A stretch of 64,000 nucleotides of DNA from Lytechinus pictus (Eukaryota): contig NC_087251.1 of assembly GCF_037042905.1 (NCBI RefSeq), forward strand, positions 21,950,001 through 22,014,000, read 5' to 3'. The notes beneath the pieces are model-generated. The model was not told the DNA's origin, ran no database searches, and saw only the letters and a list, made by a program, of their open reading frames with translations. Within the stretch, counting starts at the first letter, position 1; every line of letters begins with the position of its first letter. The position numbers and the translations under genes were made by a program. Below, piece by piece: positions 24,733 to 38,572 of the stretch.

Positions 24733-27700
24733 TCTGTTAGTGTAACTATACATTATTTCTAAAATACTAAATCATTTCTCTCAAAATATGATCGTCAGTT
24801 AGATGATACATGTCTATTTTTTATTTGGTAATTCTTTATACTTTTAAAAGTGCACACCTATTCTTGTGATTCGTTATCCGATTGCTATTTGGTCTTCTGT
24901 TTTTACAATCCAGTGTTTAAATCCAGTTGGTATCATATGAAGATTGCTGCGACTTCATTGTGAAATAAAACTAGATTAGGTATTGGGGGAAATTACCATA
25001 TATCATGTTCACTGAAGTAATACTTATTCAAAATGGCTTATATTATAAGACCTTTGGCTACCGTCACGTTCAGTGAAATGACCCAAGTTGGAATGTTAGA
25101 TGCCGCTTATGAGGTTTTTTTTCTTAGCATCCTTCCGACCAAGAAGCTGCTGTAGGCTATATGAAATGTTTTCTTTGAAAATAAGAAATACACCGCCACT
25201 ACCAAGGTTCGTGAGCCAATTGTTTCCATTTAAGTAGAAGATGACCCCTTTTTTCCTTTCAGAATGAATATAACAGTCTTTAGCATGTGGGAGTGTGTCA
25301 GTTTCATTATTATGAAAAGACTTCAATTTAAACTCCTTGACCCACAACATATATGTTTGCAGCCACTTGCTAATGCCACTGGCAAATCAAATTTATTGTT
25401 AAGAGTGCGCTTTATTCAAAACAATGACCGGGGACAAATCAGAGTGGTTCTTTCATATTTGTGATTCATTGCAAATATTTATACTGTTGTGATAATGATC
25501 TCAAAATGACTACCCCAGGGATTGTATGTTTAAACGTATATCATGCACCAAATAATACTGGTAGAAAATGAGCAATTTCTTGGTAATTAACCAAATAAGC
25601 ATGGCGTTTTTTCGAATAGATGAGTCTCTTTCCACATTTTGATCACTTCCCATGTCTATGTTCATGCTTATCTGCATGGAATGTTTTTGTTTTTGTTTTG
25701 GAATACATTGTTTGATCACCCACACACTCTCTCTCTCTCTCCTTACCATAAAATGATCCCGGAGATGTACTCCACGACCATCAACTTTGGATATATTATC
25801 TCTGTATTAAAATAATTATTACAGTGGATACAAAAACTCTGATATGAACATAAATATTTTGTTTTAATGACATTATATGGTTACAAAATTTGTCACACCA
25901 ATTTATTTACAGGATTTTGGCAATATAAGGGCAATTTTTTCTTTCGCAACTGGTACTTTCTATCGCAATTACTATCTCCTTGTGTTTCATATCTCATTTT
26001 CTTTCTTGGGCATCCACCCCTCCTTTGTACAATCATGTTATCAATACTACTCAGTTTCATATCCTTGAGTGAGATACTTTATATCCTTCTTTATCCTTTT
26101 TTATGAAGTTTTTAATGATCAAAATAATACAAAAACCTTGGGTCAGTGTCTGATATTACTCCCATATTAGCCTTTTTATTAATGAAAAGTATGAGAGACA
26201 ATAATTATCTGCTTATCGCCCACATTGGCTATGTAAGAAAGTACAATCAGAAATTAGACACTTTTTAATGTGTTCCCCTTGATATTAGCTCTTGTATTAA
26301 AAGAATTCAAGTGACCTTCGAATTAATCTATATCAGTAAGGTTTCAGAGTAAACAGTACTGTACTCTCACTCATTTGTAATGGTTAATCTTCCTCTGTTT
26401 TTCTCTTACCTTAGCTTCTACTAACCTTTATTAGGAGCATTTCAATCAAAAAATATTTCATGAAAAACATAGCGAATCAAAAAGATACTACGTCACTAAA
26501 AATTATAGATGTCTTGAAATACATGGATATAATTTTGCAGAAACAGGACTTCTAGAATTACAGCATCCAATCTATCTCTTTAGGAAACCGTGTGGATGAA
26601 ATTGAAACCAGGAAAAGGAGAGAAAATTATTTGGGATCCCAATCCTTACAACTCTTCTGATTTAAAACAATGTGGGTTGGAAAGAAGGGCACAGAGATAT
26701 GGATCTTGCATTGACCTTCATCAGCCCCTTGGCAATCAAATTAGTAGAAGTACTAGTAACATTATGAAATGCAATCAAGATTCTTGTTTGTTTTTAAGCT
26801 CAGAATCGGCATGCACTTATCCTTTTTTGATGCTATAGACTGTTGGTACTTTAATATGTTGAGATTCTGAAATTACAATCTGTACAAACATGGTCACATG
26901 TTGTCCACCGGGCAGCAAGCATTTAATTATTAGTGTGCTGATTTATCAGACCACTAGTCAACAGAAAGATCTGTATTGTGTAAAAGGTATTTTTGAACAA
27001 AAAATATGAAATTTGATATGTTTGGTCATAAAGTCAAGAGTTTGGCAGTGCTGATATTGATATTATGTCCAGGGAATGGGCTTTTTCACTGCAGAAATCT
27101 GATATTTCTACCAGTTATTAAACACAAGCACACTTTATGCCCTTTTATTTTTTCTTTAATGGCTACCAAAAGTGTAAACGTGAACAAAGTTGAAGTACAC
27201 CTAGTCTTGATGGAGATTTAACTGAATTGAAATATCAAATTTGTAATTTATGAGGCTTTATATATGGTATCAAGCACAAAATAAATCATAACTATCATAA
27301 ATTATGTATATATCAGAAGAGGAATAATGAGTATGTTTCACGACCAAGGAATGTTAACTAACCAATGCATACAATCTTGTTTGAATTTCTTTGTAAAAAA
27401 AAAATCTCTGAGTTTGTTTCATAGACTTATTTGTATTCCTTCCTGGGAACTTTCAAAATAAATTTATACACGACATCAGTTTGTGAAGACATTAGCTGAA
27501 TATTGACCATGGTGATTTTTATTTTTCTCACTAGGAATCTGGTTGCCTGATTGAGTAAAGAATAAATCACATGATATTAATAGTAGTAAGTTCCATCACT
27601 TATCCTGTTTGTTTACTCTTACACCAATCTTGCAAGTTAATTGTGTTGATCCGTAAAGCCATAACTCACAGCTATTTGAAGTATGAAAGTTGGTTTGTGC

Positions 27701-28882
27701 TGCAATATTTCCTATGTTGGATGGAAGTGTGTTGACAAAAATTCAAAAGAATTGAAATCTCTGTACTTTTTCATCAATTTCCTGAAACGATACGCATACC
27801 CATGAGGATTTAAACTTCAATCTTTAGCCATTGTCATCCTCTTCGTAGCTAATAGTTTTCATTCCTGTAATTGAATAATTTATAATGTGGGATATAAAGC
27901 AAATAATCACCTTTTGGTTTGAGGAGATGAGATATCACTTCCTTTGTGATATTATGCTATCTTTCATTGGATTCACTACGGGAAAGACTGCTACATTCAA
28001 ATGACAAATGACAAACGTTGGTTTGTTGTAGCATTTTCAGCTTTGGTAATTATTGGCTAACTACTTCTTTTAGATCAGTAACGAGGTTGATGCATTCATC
28101 TTCCTAATTCAGATCGATACTTAAGCATTGTATTCTGAGTCCTGTTCACAATGCAGAATCACAATTTACAATTATAGTTTAGGTTTTGTTATGTTAGCAT
28201 GAATCTAATCATTTTTTTTCCATTCTGATCTTCAGAATTTTCCAGATATAAAAATGGGGGATCTGAAAGTCACAGTGTTAAATGACAAGAATTGAAACAA
28301 TACACATTGCTTTTTTTATTACCAGTTGTTCAACCGCTGCATACATAATGTGCTCTTGTCGCGCTTGTTCACATTGTTTTGCTGATACCTTGAAAATGCT
28401 GTCAATTTTAAGTTAAGAGTATTTTTTCATGATTAGAAAAGCCTGTATCCATCTCAAAGTAGCTTTGATTGATTTGTATTCATCAGTCTAGATTACCCTT
28501 ACAAATTTGAAATGACCTCTCATTGAAATGTTGACCCTCATCACAAGTACCAAAGCAAACAAATTAGGTAGAAAACAGACTGATGGCCGGCTAGTAATTT
28601 AACTGGGGCAAGGGGAGTTTTAGTGGGAACTTAGCTTGAATGATCACATTATAAAAGTAATTTGTTATGCTCCTTATTTAAAGAAGGGTGCTAATGGATC
28701 TCCTTAAGTCATTTTACATTGTGACAGAAACACATTGGCACGTTTTTGTATTTCTTCCTTGGATTTTTTCTAAAGAAAAAATGAAGCTCTGTTTTTATTT
28801 TGTAAAGGTGTCTTTATAGATTGACCAATTTGCTCTTCTCACAATGTTTTCTTAACTCCGTAATATCGCTCACCCTGTACTA

Positions 28883-29836
28883 CAGTGCGTATCAAAAAAA
28901 AGTTTACACTTAGAAAAAATCCTGTAAAATGATACATTTGTAATATCCTGAAGATTTTTCCACATTTTAACATTGGTACAGATCAACTTAAGCAAATGAC
29001 GATATAACTGTCGAAAAAACTTTACGCTTGAGTGAGCACCACTTACTTTGAAAAGTTAGTGAAAAATGATTTGCTCAGAACTTTTAAATAGTTATGCGAA
29101 TAAAAATAGACCTTGATCATGAAGAATACATGGAATTTAGCTAGTAAAATTGATTTGAAGATATCTATTACCTTTTCATCTTGTTTCCTTGCCCAAAACA
29201 CTTCGAAGACTGCATTGCGCCCTACCCACTCACCCACACACCATGGAGCTAATAGCTCTATGCACACACCGAGGTCATCGTGACGATATTTGCTTTACAC
29301 TGAGCTGTGATTTACATGGAATGGCTTAGGCTTGATTTTTATTTTGTTAATCATTGTCAAGCTTGGAAAAAGTGTGGAGAAACAAGTATTAAATGAAATA
29401 TAAAATGTAAACCCATTTTGAATGATAAAAACTTAGTGAAAAAATGCTGAAGATGTCTGATAAAAACCTTTGTTCAGAATCAGTTGTCCTCAGATCCAGC
29501 TGGCACAAAAAGGGTAAGGGTTTTGCTTACTAAGTGTTGAAATTTCAATTTGGGTGGCAAAATTGTTACAAAATGCTTGAATGTATCCATATTATTTCAA
29601 TTGCCTAAAAGTGCAAGGGAAATGTATGAGAAATGTTTCGCAAGGTAAGTTTGATTTCGCCCTTTCCCCTTGACACAGCGTGAAAACAAGCATTTCTGCG
29701 CAAACAGATTTCTGCAAGCTTTACAAAAATGGACAGTGCTCACTCAAGTGTAACATTCTGTCAAAACTTTTACTTCCATTGGATAGATGATTCCCAGGGC
29801 TTTTTCAAAGTATAAACTTTTTTTTGATACGCACTG
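28883..29836. mobile_element. Tc1/mariner-type non-autonomous element
   Basis: TA|CAGTGCGTATCAAAAAAAAGTTTA ... TAAACTTTTTTTTGATACGCACTG|TA; internal ttgagtgagcac/gtgctcactcaa inverted repeat. Confidence 0.9.
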
Positions 29837-29842
29837 TATAAT

Positions 29843-30180
29843 TTTCTTTTCTCATAGGCCAAATTTTCTGCCTAACCATGGCTAAAGAAATGCTTGCTTT
29901 TCTCACACAAAATTCAGTAGTGGTAGCCATTTCTGAGTACTTATCTGATTGGGCAACAGCGCTGGCTCTGTTGCCCTTGTAGCACCGGCCTTGGCTTTGC
30001 CTGTTTTCTATTCCCACTGCGACTCTTAACCAGGACTTTCACGCTTAACACTGTGATTGCCCAGCTAAACCTGCTATTTTACAGGGCCAAATAATCCCCA
30101 ACTATTATAGGTGTGGCTAACTTGTTATTAAGCCCCACCTTTAGTACGGGGTTAGGGAAAATTTTGCCGGTGAGAAAAGC
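29843..30180. mobile_element. Diverged MITE abutting the Tc1 element
   Basis: cttttctca..ggccaaattttc..cctaacc...ctaaag / ctttag...ggttagggaaaattttgcc..tgagaaaag. Confidence 0.6.
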
Positions 30181-30954
30181 ATACAATTGACCTACCTAAA
30201 TCATTCCCAGGATGCACTTTATTCATCCTATAGTATACCTCTCTTTGCAAAGTGATACCTTGATATTAAAATGTCTCATTCCTCTGCTGTCTGTTTACCT
30301 TATTTAACCACCTGCATCATTGCATGTGTATTAGATGATGATATCATTTCCTTAACGGTGTATGATAGAGGATAGTTGAAATATTCAGATTATTTCTCAG
30401 GGTGCCAAGAAGGAATCAGATACCTGCATACCTTTGTGACATTGGTATGGGCCAAGTGATCCCTGTTGGCATACAGGTATACTCTGGCTGGACTAGGTGT
30501 ATACTAATGCAAGGAAAGAAAAATGTGTGCCAAAACTCATATACATGTATAAGGAGGCAAAACTATTTAAAATTTAACTTTGGCAGTCTAAATATCCTTT
30601 TGCAGTGCATATTAATCAATTAACCCCGCTCTTCCAGGTACCTTGTACTCACTTATTTCAAGAAATTCCTGCTGTCACCAATTGCACCTACACAGAAAGT
30701 GGCAAACTATGTCGATATTGTTTTTTTTGGGGGGGGTATATGTTGTGGATATTGCTCTAAGTGAGATGGTACAAGACACATCATTCCTTTGCACTAAATG
30801 ATATTCCTGTTTCCTTTGTAAAATATTTCAAGTAATTTCCATTACTTTGAGGCACAACTTACGTGTCATTAAATGTATGCTCCGATAAGGGGCTTTCCCT
30901 GCACCCCTACCACCCTTATCTGCCACCACAACTGCTGATCTGTCATCACCTTTA

Positions 30955-31475
30955 GGGTGCGTTTATCCGCCACTTTTTTACCCTATAATCATGATTCCAA
31001 TCATGATTCAAATCACGATTCTGCAGAATCACGATTGCGTTTAGTCGAAATTGAATATAATCATGATTAGAATCACAAACATGAACTACGAAAAAAAGGG
31101 CGTTTGGAAAGACGTTTCTGCAGAATCACGTACGAAAATGTTCGGATAAACGATATCGTGATTTGAATCATGATTATATGACGTCATTGTGTCGAGCTAT
31201 TTCCGGTTCTTGCCAAGGCGCGCGCCCCACGTTGTCACATCACATGTACGTCGCCGACCTCCAATTAAGTGTCCAACGTTGACCTATACTTCCTGGGTCA
31301 AACTGCGCACTGTGATGCGCACTGGATCGGTCCGAATCCGAGGAGAAACAGCGTTGGAACGAAGGTCGTCTAAACCCTGATTCTGTAGTAATTGTGATTC
31401 ATGTTTGTGATTTGAATCATGATTCCAATCATGATTCAAATCACGATTCTGGCTTGAGGTCGGATAAACGCAGCC
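30955..31475. mobile_element. PIF/Harbinger MITE
   Basis: TTA TSD; TIR GGGTGCGTTTATCCG / CGGATAAACGCAGCC; arrays of aatcatgatt palindromes. Confidence 0.88.
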
Positions 31476-32067
31476 TTATACCCATGGTTGTGTCAGCTTA
31501 TCAAAAGAATCTTGTCTGTGTTCATATGATCTTGATATACTTCTGAGCTCCTACAAGTCTGTGTTCATATTTTCAGAATTAGTCTGGGCCCATCTGCATA
31601 AAAAGTTATTTTTCAACAAACTTAGCCAACCAGTATTGATTTCTCTGAAACCCTTGATTGTGATTGGCTGTTGAACAGTGATATCATGGTAGTTAACATG
31701 AGATGGCAAATTTATAATTTTTTCTACAAGACAAAATGTTATGACAGGTTATTGTTAATGTGTTTATTTTTTAGCACTCATTATGTATCCGCATCTTTTG
31801 TTATGCGTTATTTTCTTTCTATTGGAATTTGCAGGTCCAACAAAAAGATAAGTGGTCACATGGTTTAAGTTTCTTGTAAAAAAAAGTTTTGAATATAGTG
31901 CTTCATATGCATACACAGGTGTTCTGACTTTTGCCTCCATGAAACCAGTATTCAGTAATAAGTTTTATTTTGGTAGAGTAATATCTTATATACAAAATTC
32001 TTAAATGTTTGTATATTAATTGAGCATGGGAATGTGAAAAATGATATGTAGTAGTACCACCTACTCT

Positions 32068-32283
32068 CACTGTAAAAACACTGTTTGAAATTTTAAGTAC
32101 GTTGTTTAAGACTGTCACTCTAACAACTATTGTTCAAACTTTTTCAACAATTGTTTAAATTTTTTTTAACAACTGTCTAAACCTTTTAAACAAGTTCAAA
32201 AAGTTTAAACAATTACAAAAAAAATTAAACAACTTATTGCAAGAGTGACAGGCTTAAACAATGTGCTATTTTTTTTTACTGTG
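32068..32283. mobile_element. CACT-ended palindromic MITE
   Basis: cactgtaaaaa ... tttttactgtg with a gtttaag.ctgtcactct/agagtgacaggcttaaac inverted repeat. Second copy at 40338-40514. Confidence 0.75.
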
Positions 32284-32372
32284 AGAAGTGCAAAATATTT
32301 ACAGATCCCGTTTCATGCATAATGAAGTATTAAATAAGAATGTAATTTTTGTTAATGTTCTACATAAATTGA

Positions 32373-33554
32373 TTTTTTTGTCTCGCCTGCATAGCAGAGC
32401 GAGACTATAGGCGCCGCTTTTCCGACGGCGACGGCGGCGTCAACATCAAATCTTAACCTAAGGTTAAGTTTTTGAAATGACATCATAACTTAGAAAGTAT
32501 ATAGACCTAGCTTATGAAACTTGGACATAAGGTTAATCAAGTATTACTGAACATCCTGCCTGAGTTTCAGGTCACATGACCAAGGTCAAAGGTCATTTAG
32601 GGTCAATGAACTTAGACCATGTTGGGAAAATTATTTTCAAAATCTTAACTGAAGGATAAGTTTTTGAAATGACATCATAACTTAGAAAGTATATGGACCT
32701 AGTTCATGAAACTTGGGCATAAGGTTAATCAAGTATTAGTGAACATCCTGCTCGAGTTTCAGGTCACGTGATCAAGGTCAAAGGTCATTTAGGGTCAATG
32801 AACTTTGGTCAAGTTGGGGGTATTTGTTGAATTACTATCATAACTTTGAAAATATATGGATCTAGTCCATGAAACTTGGACATAAGGTTAATCAAGTATT
32901 AGTGAACATCCTGCTTGAGTTTCAGGTCACATGACCAAGGTCAAAGGTCATTTAGGGTCAATGAACTTTGGCCAAGTTGGGGGTATTTGTTGAATTACCA
33001 TCATAACTTTGAAAATTTATGGATCTAGTTTATGAAACTTAGACATTAGGTTAATCAAGTACCACTGAATATCCTGTGCGAGTTTCAGGTCACATGACCA
33101 TGGTCAATGGTCATTTAAGGTAAATGAACTTTGGCCGTGCTGGGGGTATTTGTTAAATTAACATCCTAACTCTGAAAGTTTATGGATCTAGTTCATAAAA
33201 CTTGGGATATAAGAGTAATCAAGCATCACTGAACATCCCCTGTGAGTTTCAGGTCACAAAACCAAGTCAAAGGTCAGTTAAGGTCAATAAACTTAGGCCA
33301 TGTTGGGGTAATTGTTGAAGTGCCATCATAACTTTGAAAGTTTATGGATAGAGTGAATGAAATGTGGACATGGGTGTAGTTGACAGTCTTAAGTCTCCGT
33401 TCAAATGTCATTTATGGTCAATGAACGTGGTATTATGTCATTATATGAATGATGTTTTTGTGAATGATTATTTTATAGTAGTATTCAAAGTTAGCACTGC
33501 TGCTATATTAAATTGCGTAATGCAGGCGAGACTGCCAGAGGCGTTCCACTTGTT
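32373..33554 (+). mobile_element. HINE-like element, copy 3 (diverged subfamily with more core repeats)
   Basis: GTCTCGCCTGCAT (32380) / ATGCAGGCGAGAC (33520); same core repeats and 3' end as copy 1. Confidence 0.85.
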
Positions 33555-33872
33555 ATGATTGAGAACAAGTCTCTAGTCTATCAATTAAAACATTACACCT
33601 TCAGTCCCCCTTGGTATTGGAGCATTAAGTCTGATTGTGTAGTGTTACATCTCTATCCTAATAGAAAGGCATGTGAGCTATTTGAATTGTCATATGACTA
33701 TCTACATAAGATGGTTTTAAGCATGACCCTTTTAGCCTTTATTCTCACACATAGGCATTTTTTCCTGATTTTTTTCCAGAATGTTATTTGCCACCATAAA
33801 GACAATTAGAGCTCAAGAAAAGACTCATCATGGTAAAGCCAGATTAAATATCACAATGCACCTCTGCATATA

Positions 33873-34233
33873 CAGTGCGTCCCAGAAAAAACAAAACCGA
33901 GATTTATCGATGATTTATCATAACTTAATCACAAATACAATAGACAAGTGACCTACCATTGTAAAGCTTAGAATCTCCTCTTTCATCTGAAATTACTGAA
34001 ATAATTTTTCATTCACGCATGAGTGAGCAAAAACAATTTTAAGAAAGGATACCAAAAACTCATTTGGCGGGGGGTATCTGAATTTCAAAAAGAAAATCAC
34101 ATGCCTAAAAAGTTCAATATCTGCTCTTTTATTTCTAAGCTTTACAATGGTAGGTCACTTGTCTATTGTATTTGTGATTAAGTTATGATAAATCATCGAT
34201 AAATCTCGGTTTCGTCTTTTCTGGGACGCACTG
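33873..34233. mobile_element. Tc1/mariner-type MITE with ~100-bp TIRs
   Basis: TA TSD; CAGTGCGTCCCAGAAAA...GTAAAGCTTAGAA (33873-33973) is mirrored almost perfectly at ~34133-34233. Confidence 0.92.
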
Positions 34234-34510
34234 TATAGATGACTCTACATACTTCGTTTAAAATTCAACCTGCAGCAATAGTTTTTTTTATAGTTGGTTT
34301 TGGGGGAAGGGTCATTAAGCTTGCCATAAAGAAGATAACAAAATTCTAAATGCATATCAGAATTTATTTATTGAAATAAGATTAAGAAGGAGGCTAGCCA
34401 AATCTAAAGTTACTTGTCACTGTACAAATATCCAATCAGTTCTGTAATGTGCGTCTGTGCTGTCTGCTGTAACTTATATTTCATAATTTTCACCCCCTCC
34501 CCCCCCAAAA

Positions 34511-34542
<32 letters not shown>

Positions 34543-35445
34543 ACGGTCCTTTATCCTTTTCCTCATTTGTAGGTTGGTTTTCCCGATTTGTTTTTAGCAC
34601 TATCTTCATGTCTAGGGTAACATCCCTCCCCAAACTTATATTGTGTTCAGACTGAAGCTTAATTTTAACTGTCGATTGATTGATAGGATATAAATTGTTT
34701 TGAATTGCAAGTTGTAGAATTCTCAGCCTTATCGACAGAATGTGCGTGTACAGAGTATTATGCACAGAACATGAACTACGTGCAAGTGATACGAATGCAA
34801 AATTCGGCTCTAACCCTCACAAATTTACATAGCCAAGAAGGATAACTGACCAGGAAAAAAAAACAATTGAATGTGTTGCTTTGCTTGGTTTCCCTGCATC
34901 TTACGCTTCACCAAGTCACTCTTCGGCATTGTTTTTAATAGGTCTTGAAGTACATAATGATAATGTTTGACAGGTTGCTTTTCAGTCGACGATGCATGTT
35001 ACTGATGTTTAAAGCCCTCCTTGGATACATTTTTTGTATTACTTAGATGGATTATCTCCCTTTTTGAATCTGATGTTCATTCTTCTTGCTTCGCACAAAG
35101 AGTCATAATTTGAAAAGTACTGACAAATTTACAGACTTTTTTCCTTATTTTTGCAAACGTTTTTCTTTTATTCTTGCAAAATGCTGGTATTTTTGTGATT
35201 TTGCAGATGCGAATGCACCTTATGTGATGCTGTCAGTGTTTTTAATGTAAGTCTCTTCCATCAGTGGTTGAGCATTGATCCCACTCTATGATCCATGAAA
35301 CTATGTGTAATAAGATAGCCAGCCTCACATTATTGCATTCCATACCTGCCATCCACCAAGAAGTTAGCGGTAGTTGTCATCTCCTCCTTTACCACGTGAC
35401 AATTCGTGCCCATCACTTGGTTAACAGCCACTTGGTCTAACGTGT

Positions 35446-35751
35446 GGGGGCGTTGTTGTCTAGTGGTTACGACTCACATTTTTCAATCAGAGGTACGTGG
35501 GTTCAAATCTCAGCCAAGGCGTGTTTTCCTTCAGCTAGAAATTTACCCACATTGTGCTGCACTTGACCCAGGTGAGGTGTATGGGTACTAGGTAGGATTT
35601 ATTCCTTGAATGCTTTAGCTCCTATATGGCGGCTCAGCTACAACCGGGATAAAAATATGATACTAAGTATGAAGCGCTGTATAGTATATGCGATTATAGC
35701 AGCTGCGCTATATAAATGGACCATATTATTATTATTATTGTTATCATTATT
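35446..35751 (+). mobile_element. tRNA-derived SINE, family A
   Basis: Degenerate A/B boxes, the same tgtgctgcacttgacccaggtgag...atgggtac core and (TAT)n tail. Confidence 0.8.
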
Positions 35752-36629
35752 ATATCACTATGGTTATAACCAATTGGGCTAAGATCACTATGGTTGTTGA
35801 CCTATTTGGTCTGATATCAGGTTGATCAGTCGCCCATTTAAACTAATATCCTTCTGACTTAACTCATTCGGTCTCATCGTATTGGTATCATTGACATTTT
35901 GCCCTACTATCACTTTGTCTAATATCCATTTGTGCTTTTTGTGCTCATTGTTATAAGGTTAAATGACCTAACTGCTATTTCATCTACCCATTATGTTTCA
36001 TTGCCAGTTAGCCTATTACCAAACTAATGCTAATCATACATACTAAGTGAAAATTTAATAGAGAATTAGGTTTCAGATATCATAACATATAGCCTGATTA
36101 TAAATTTGGTGGAATTTTGAATTAGGTAAGTAGGGCTCAAATCAAGTGATTATGAGATAATTGTTGAAGGTGAGATATAATTAAACCATGCAAGATGAGA
36201 CAGTAAAGTCATTCGATTGGATTTTAGTTCAATTGTCTCTTTTGCTGCTCATCTTCATAGTTCATACCCCCTACTTAATTCTTTACTCTGTACTCCCTCC
36301 CTGTATCTCAATGTGATGTAAGTACAGGAAGGTGGAAGTCAAATTCAAGTGGCAGTCTAAGTGGTAAAATTGATTTTCTCCCTTGTTCTTTGCCCCATTC
36401 CCTTCCCACATCCTGATTCATAATAATGTGAGCTCCTATTTGGTGGATGATTTGAATCATGTATTGGTACCATATAGAATTACTATTAATAGAAATGATG
36501 CCCCCTCCCTCGCAAGAGATTTGTCCCGATCAAATGCTCTAAAAGATCTATTCCAAAACCACATAAAAGTCCTTGGGTGTTTAATTTTTTTTATGTACCA
36601 GTTAACTAATGCAGGACTTCTTTCCTTAA

Positions 36630-37212
36630 AGGACAAGTCCATCCCAACAAAAAAGTGACATGAATAAAAGGAGAAAAATCCAACAAGCATAACACTGAAA
36701 ATTTGATCAAAATCTGATGTAAAATAAGAGAGTCTTGACATTTTAAAGAATTGCTTAATTTCACAAAACAGTTATATGCACATCCTGGTCAGGATGCAAA
36801 TGAGGTGACTGATACTGTCACCCACTTACTATTTTTTGTGTATTTCATTATATGAAATATTCTGATTTTCTCCTTATTGCCATTTGAAACAAAGTTTTAT
36901 TCCTCCCTGAACAAGTTCTATTACCATTTTTAAACATTTCATGGTTCAGTCAAGTTGGTCCTTATTGTCAAATCTGTAAAAAATGAAATATTGTATAATT
37001 CAAACAACAACGAAAAACAAAAGAAATAGTGAGTGAGGGACATCATCCACTCTCTCATTTGCATATTACCAAGTTGTGCATATACTAGTAACTGTTTTGT
37101 GAAAAATAAGCAAACTTAAAAATGTCATAACTTGATGAAATTTTCAGTGTTGTGCTTGTTAGATTTTTCTCAATTTATTCAAATAGACATTTTTCTGGGG
37201 TGGACTTGACCT
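36630..37212. mobile_element. Kolobok-type TTAA MITE (583 bp)
   Basis: TTAA|AGGACAAGTCCATCCC ... GGGGTGGACTTGACCT|TTTA. Same family as 10386-11147. Confidence 0.8.
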
Positions 37213-38013
37213 TTTATGAAATAAAAACTATTACTGTTTTTCAAATCAGTTTGTTTATACGAAGCAAAAAACATGCCTGTATATGTTTTGGTGGATAGAT
37301 ATTACATTTTTGTTCAACTGTCTACAGCTAATACATACATGTGGCTTGCTATAAAGCAGTTGTTAATAAGATTAGAACAGCTTCATGGATCAACTCCAAG
37401 GTATTTATACTCACTCTTGGGAGAAAAACTGGTAAAGGCATTAGTTTAAAGCATTTATTTATTCCATTTATGACATACACAACAAATTTGTGTAGTACCA
37501 GTAGAATGGTGAAATAAAAAGCAAGAATCCTTAACACAAGTAAAGTTTTAGCAGCATATTTTTAATTTCTAATTTTTTAAAGATGATTTTCTAAAATTTC
37601 AATATGATTCTGAAAAAAAAAGATATTTAATATAATCTAGAGTTTGTCGTTTGTGAAATTGAAGAGTTTATTATATACAGAGTGAACCCCATTAAGAGTT
37701 AATGAGCCTGTGAAAATAGGTGTTTGTTTAATGTCCATTAATCCTTATTAGGTCAAGGGGTAAAGGCACTAAGACTTCATCCACACATCTTCCTTGAGTG
37801 ATGAAAGTTATTTGATCTAGATAATTTATTTGGGATAAAGAAGAATATTGGGGCAGGAGTTATAATAAAAGAAGGTTGAGACACTTTAATTTTTACATTT
37901 ATATCCTTATGAATTTGTTACATGTCTATGATAAACAGCCAAAGCCACATGCAATATTGTATTCGATTTTAACATTGTTACAAAGTGCCCTTTAGTATGT
38001 CTTTGATAGTGTA

Positions 38014-38572
38014 GTGTCAAACTACCCTTTTTTAGGATACTCTAGATCCGGGCTCTAAATGCAGATTAATTAAATTGAATATTCGAGTAAATTGTCATTG
38101 GAATCGAACCGTAACGAGTTATAATTTCTGCTTAAATATAATAATGGAAATTATTGCATTAGGACCAGTATTAATGAAATTGTAGAGTCCTTGATTTGCA
38201 ACTGTTATATTTGATCAGTTCCACAGAATTGTTAATAATTATGTTATTGATTTGAAAAGTGGAGCTATATTGTTAGAAGAATGCACGAATACCGGTGTTA
38301 GTCATTTTTTTAACAATATAGCTCCACTTTTCAAATCAATAACATAATTATTAACAATTCTGTGGAACTGATCAAATATAACAGTTGCAAATCAAGGACT
38401 CTACAATTTCATTAATACTGGTCCTAATGCAATAATTTCCATTATTATATTTAAGCAGAAATTATAACTCGTTACGGTTCGATTCCAATGACAATTTACT
38501 CGAATATTCAATTTAATTAATCCGCATTTAGAGCCCGGATCTAGAGTATCCTCAAAAAGGGTAGTTTGACAC
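38014..38572. repeat. Near-perfect 262-bp inverted repeat with 35-bp spacer
   Basis: 38014-38275 is the reverse complement of 38311-38572 (2 mismatches seen). The spacer recurs at 38754-38787. Confidence 0.95.

Noticed and set aside
30401..30444. Possible exon reading GCQEGIRYLHTFVTL, reminiscent of kinase subdomain VIa
   Set aside because: No HRD motif or other kinase exons found; weak donor.
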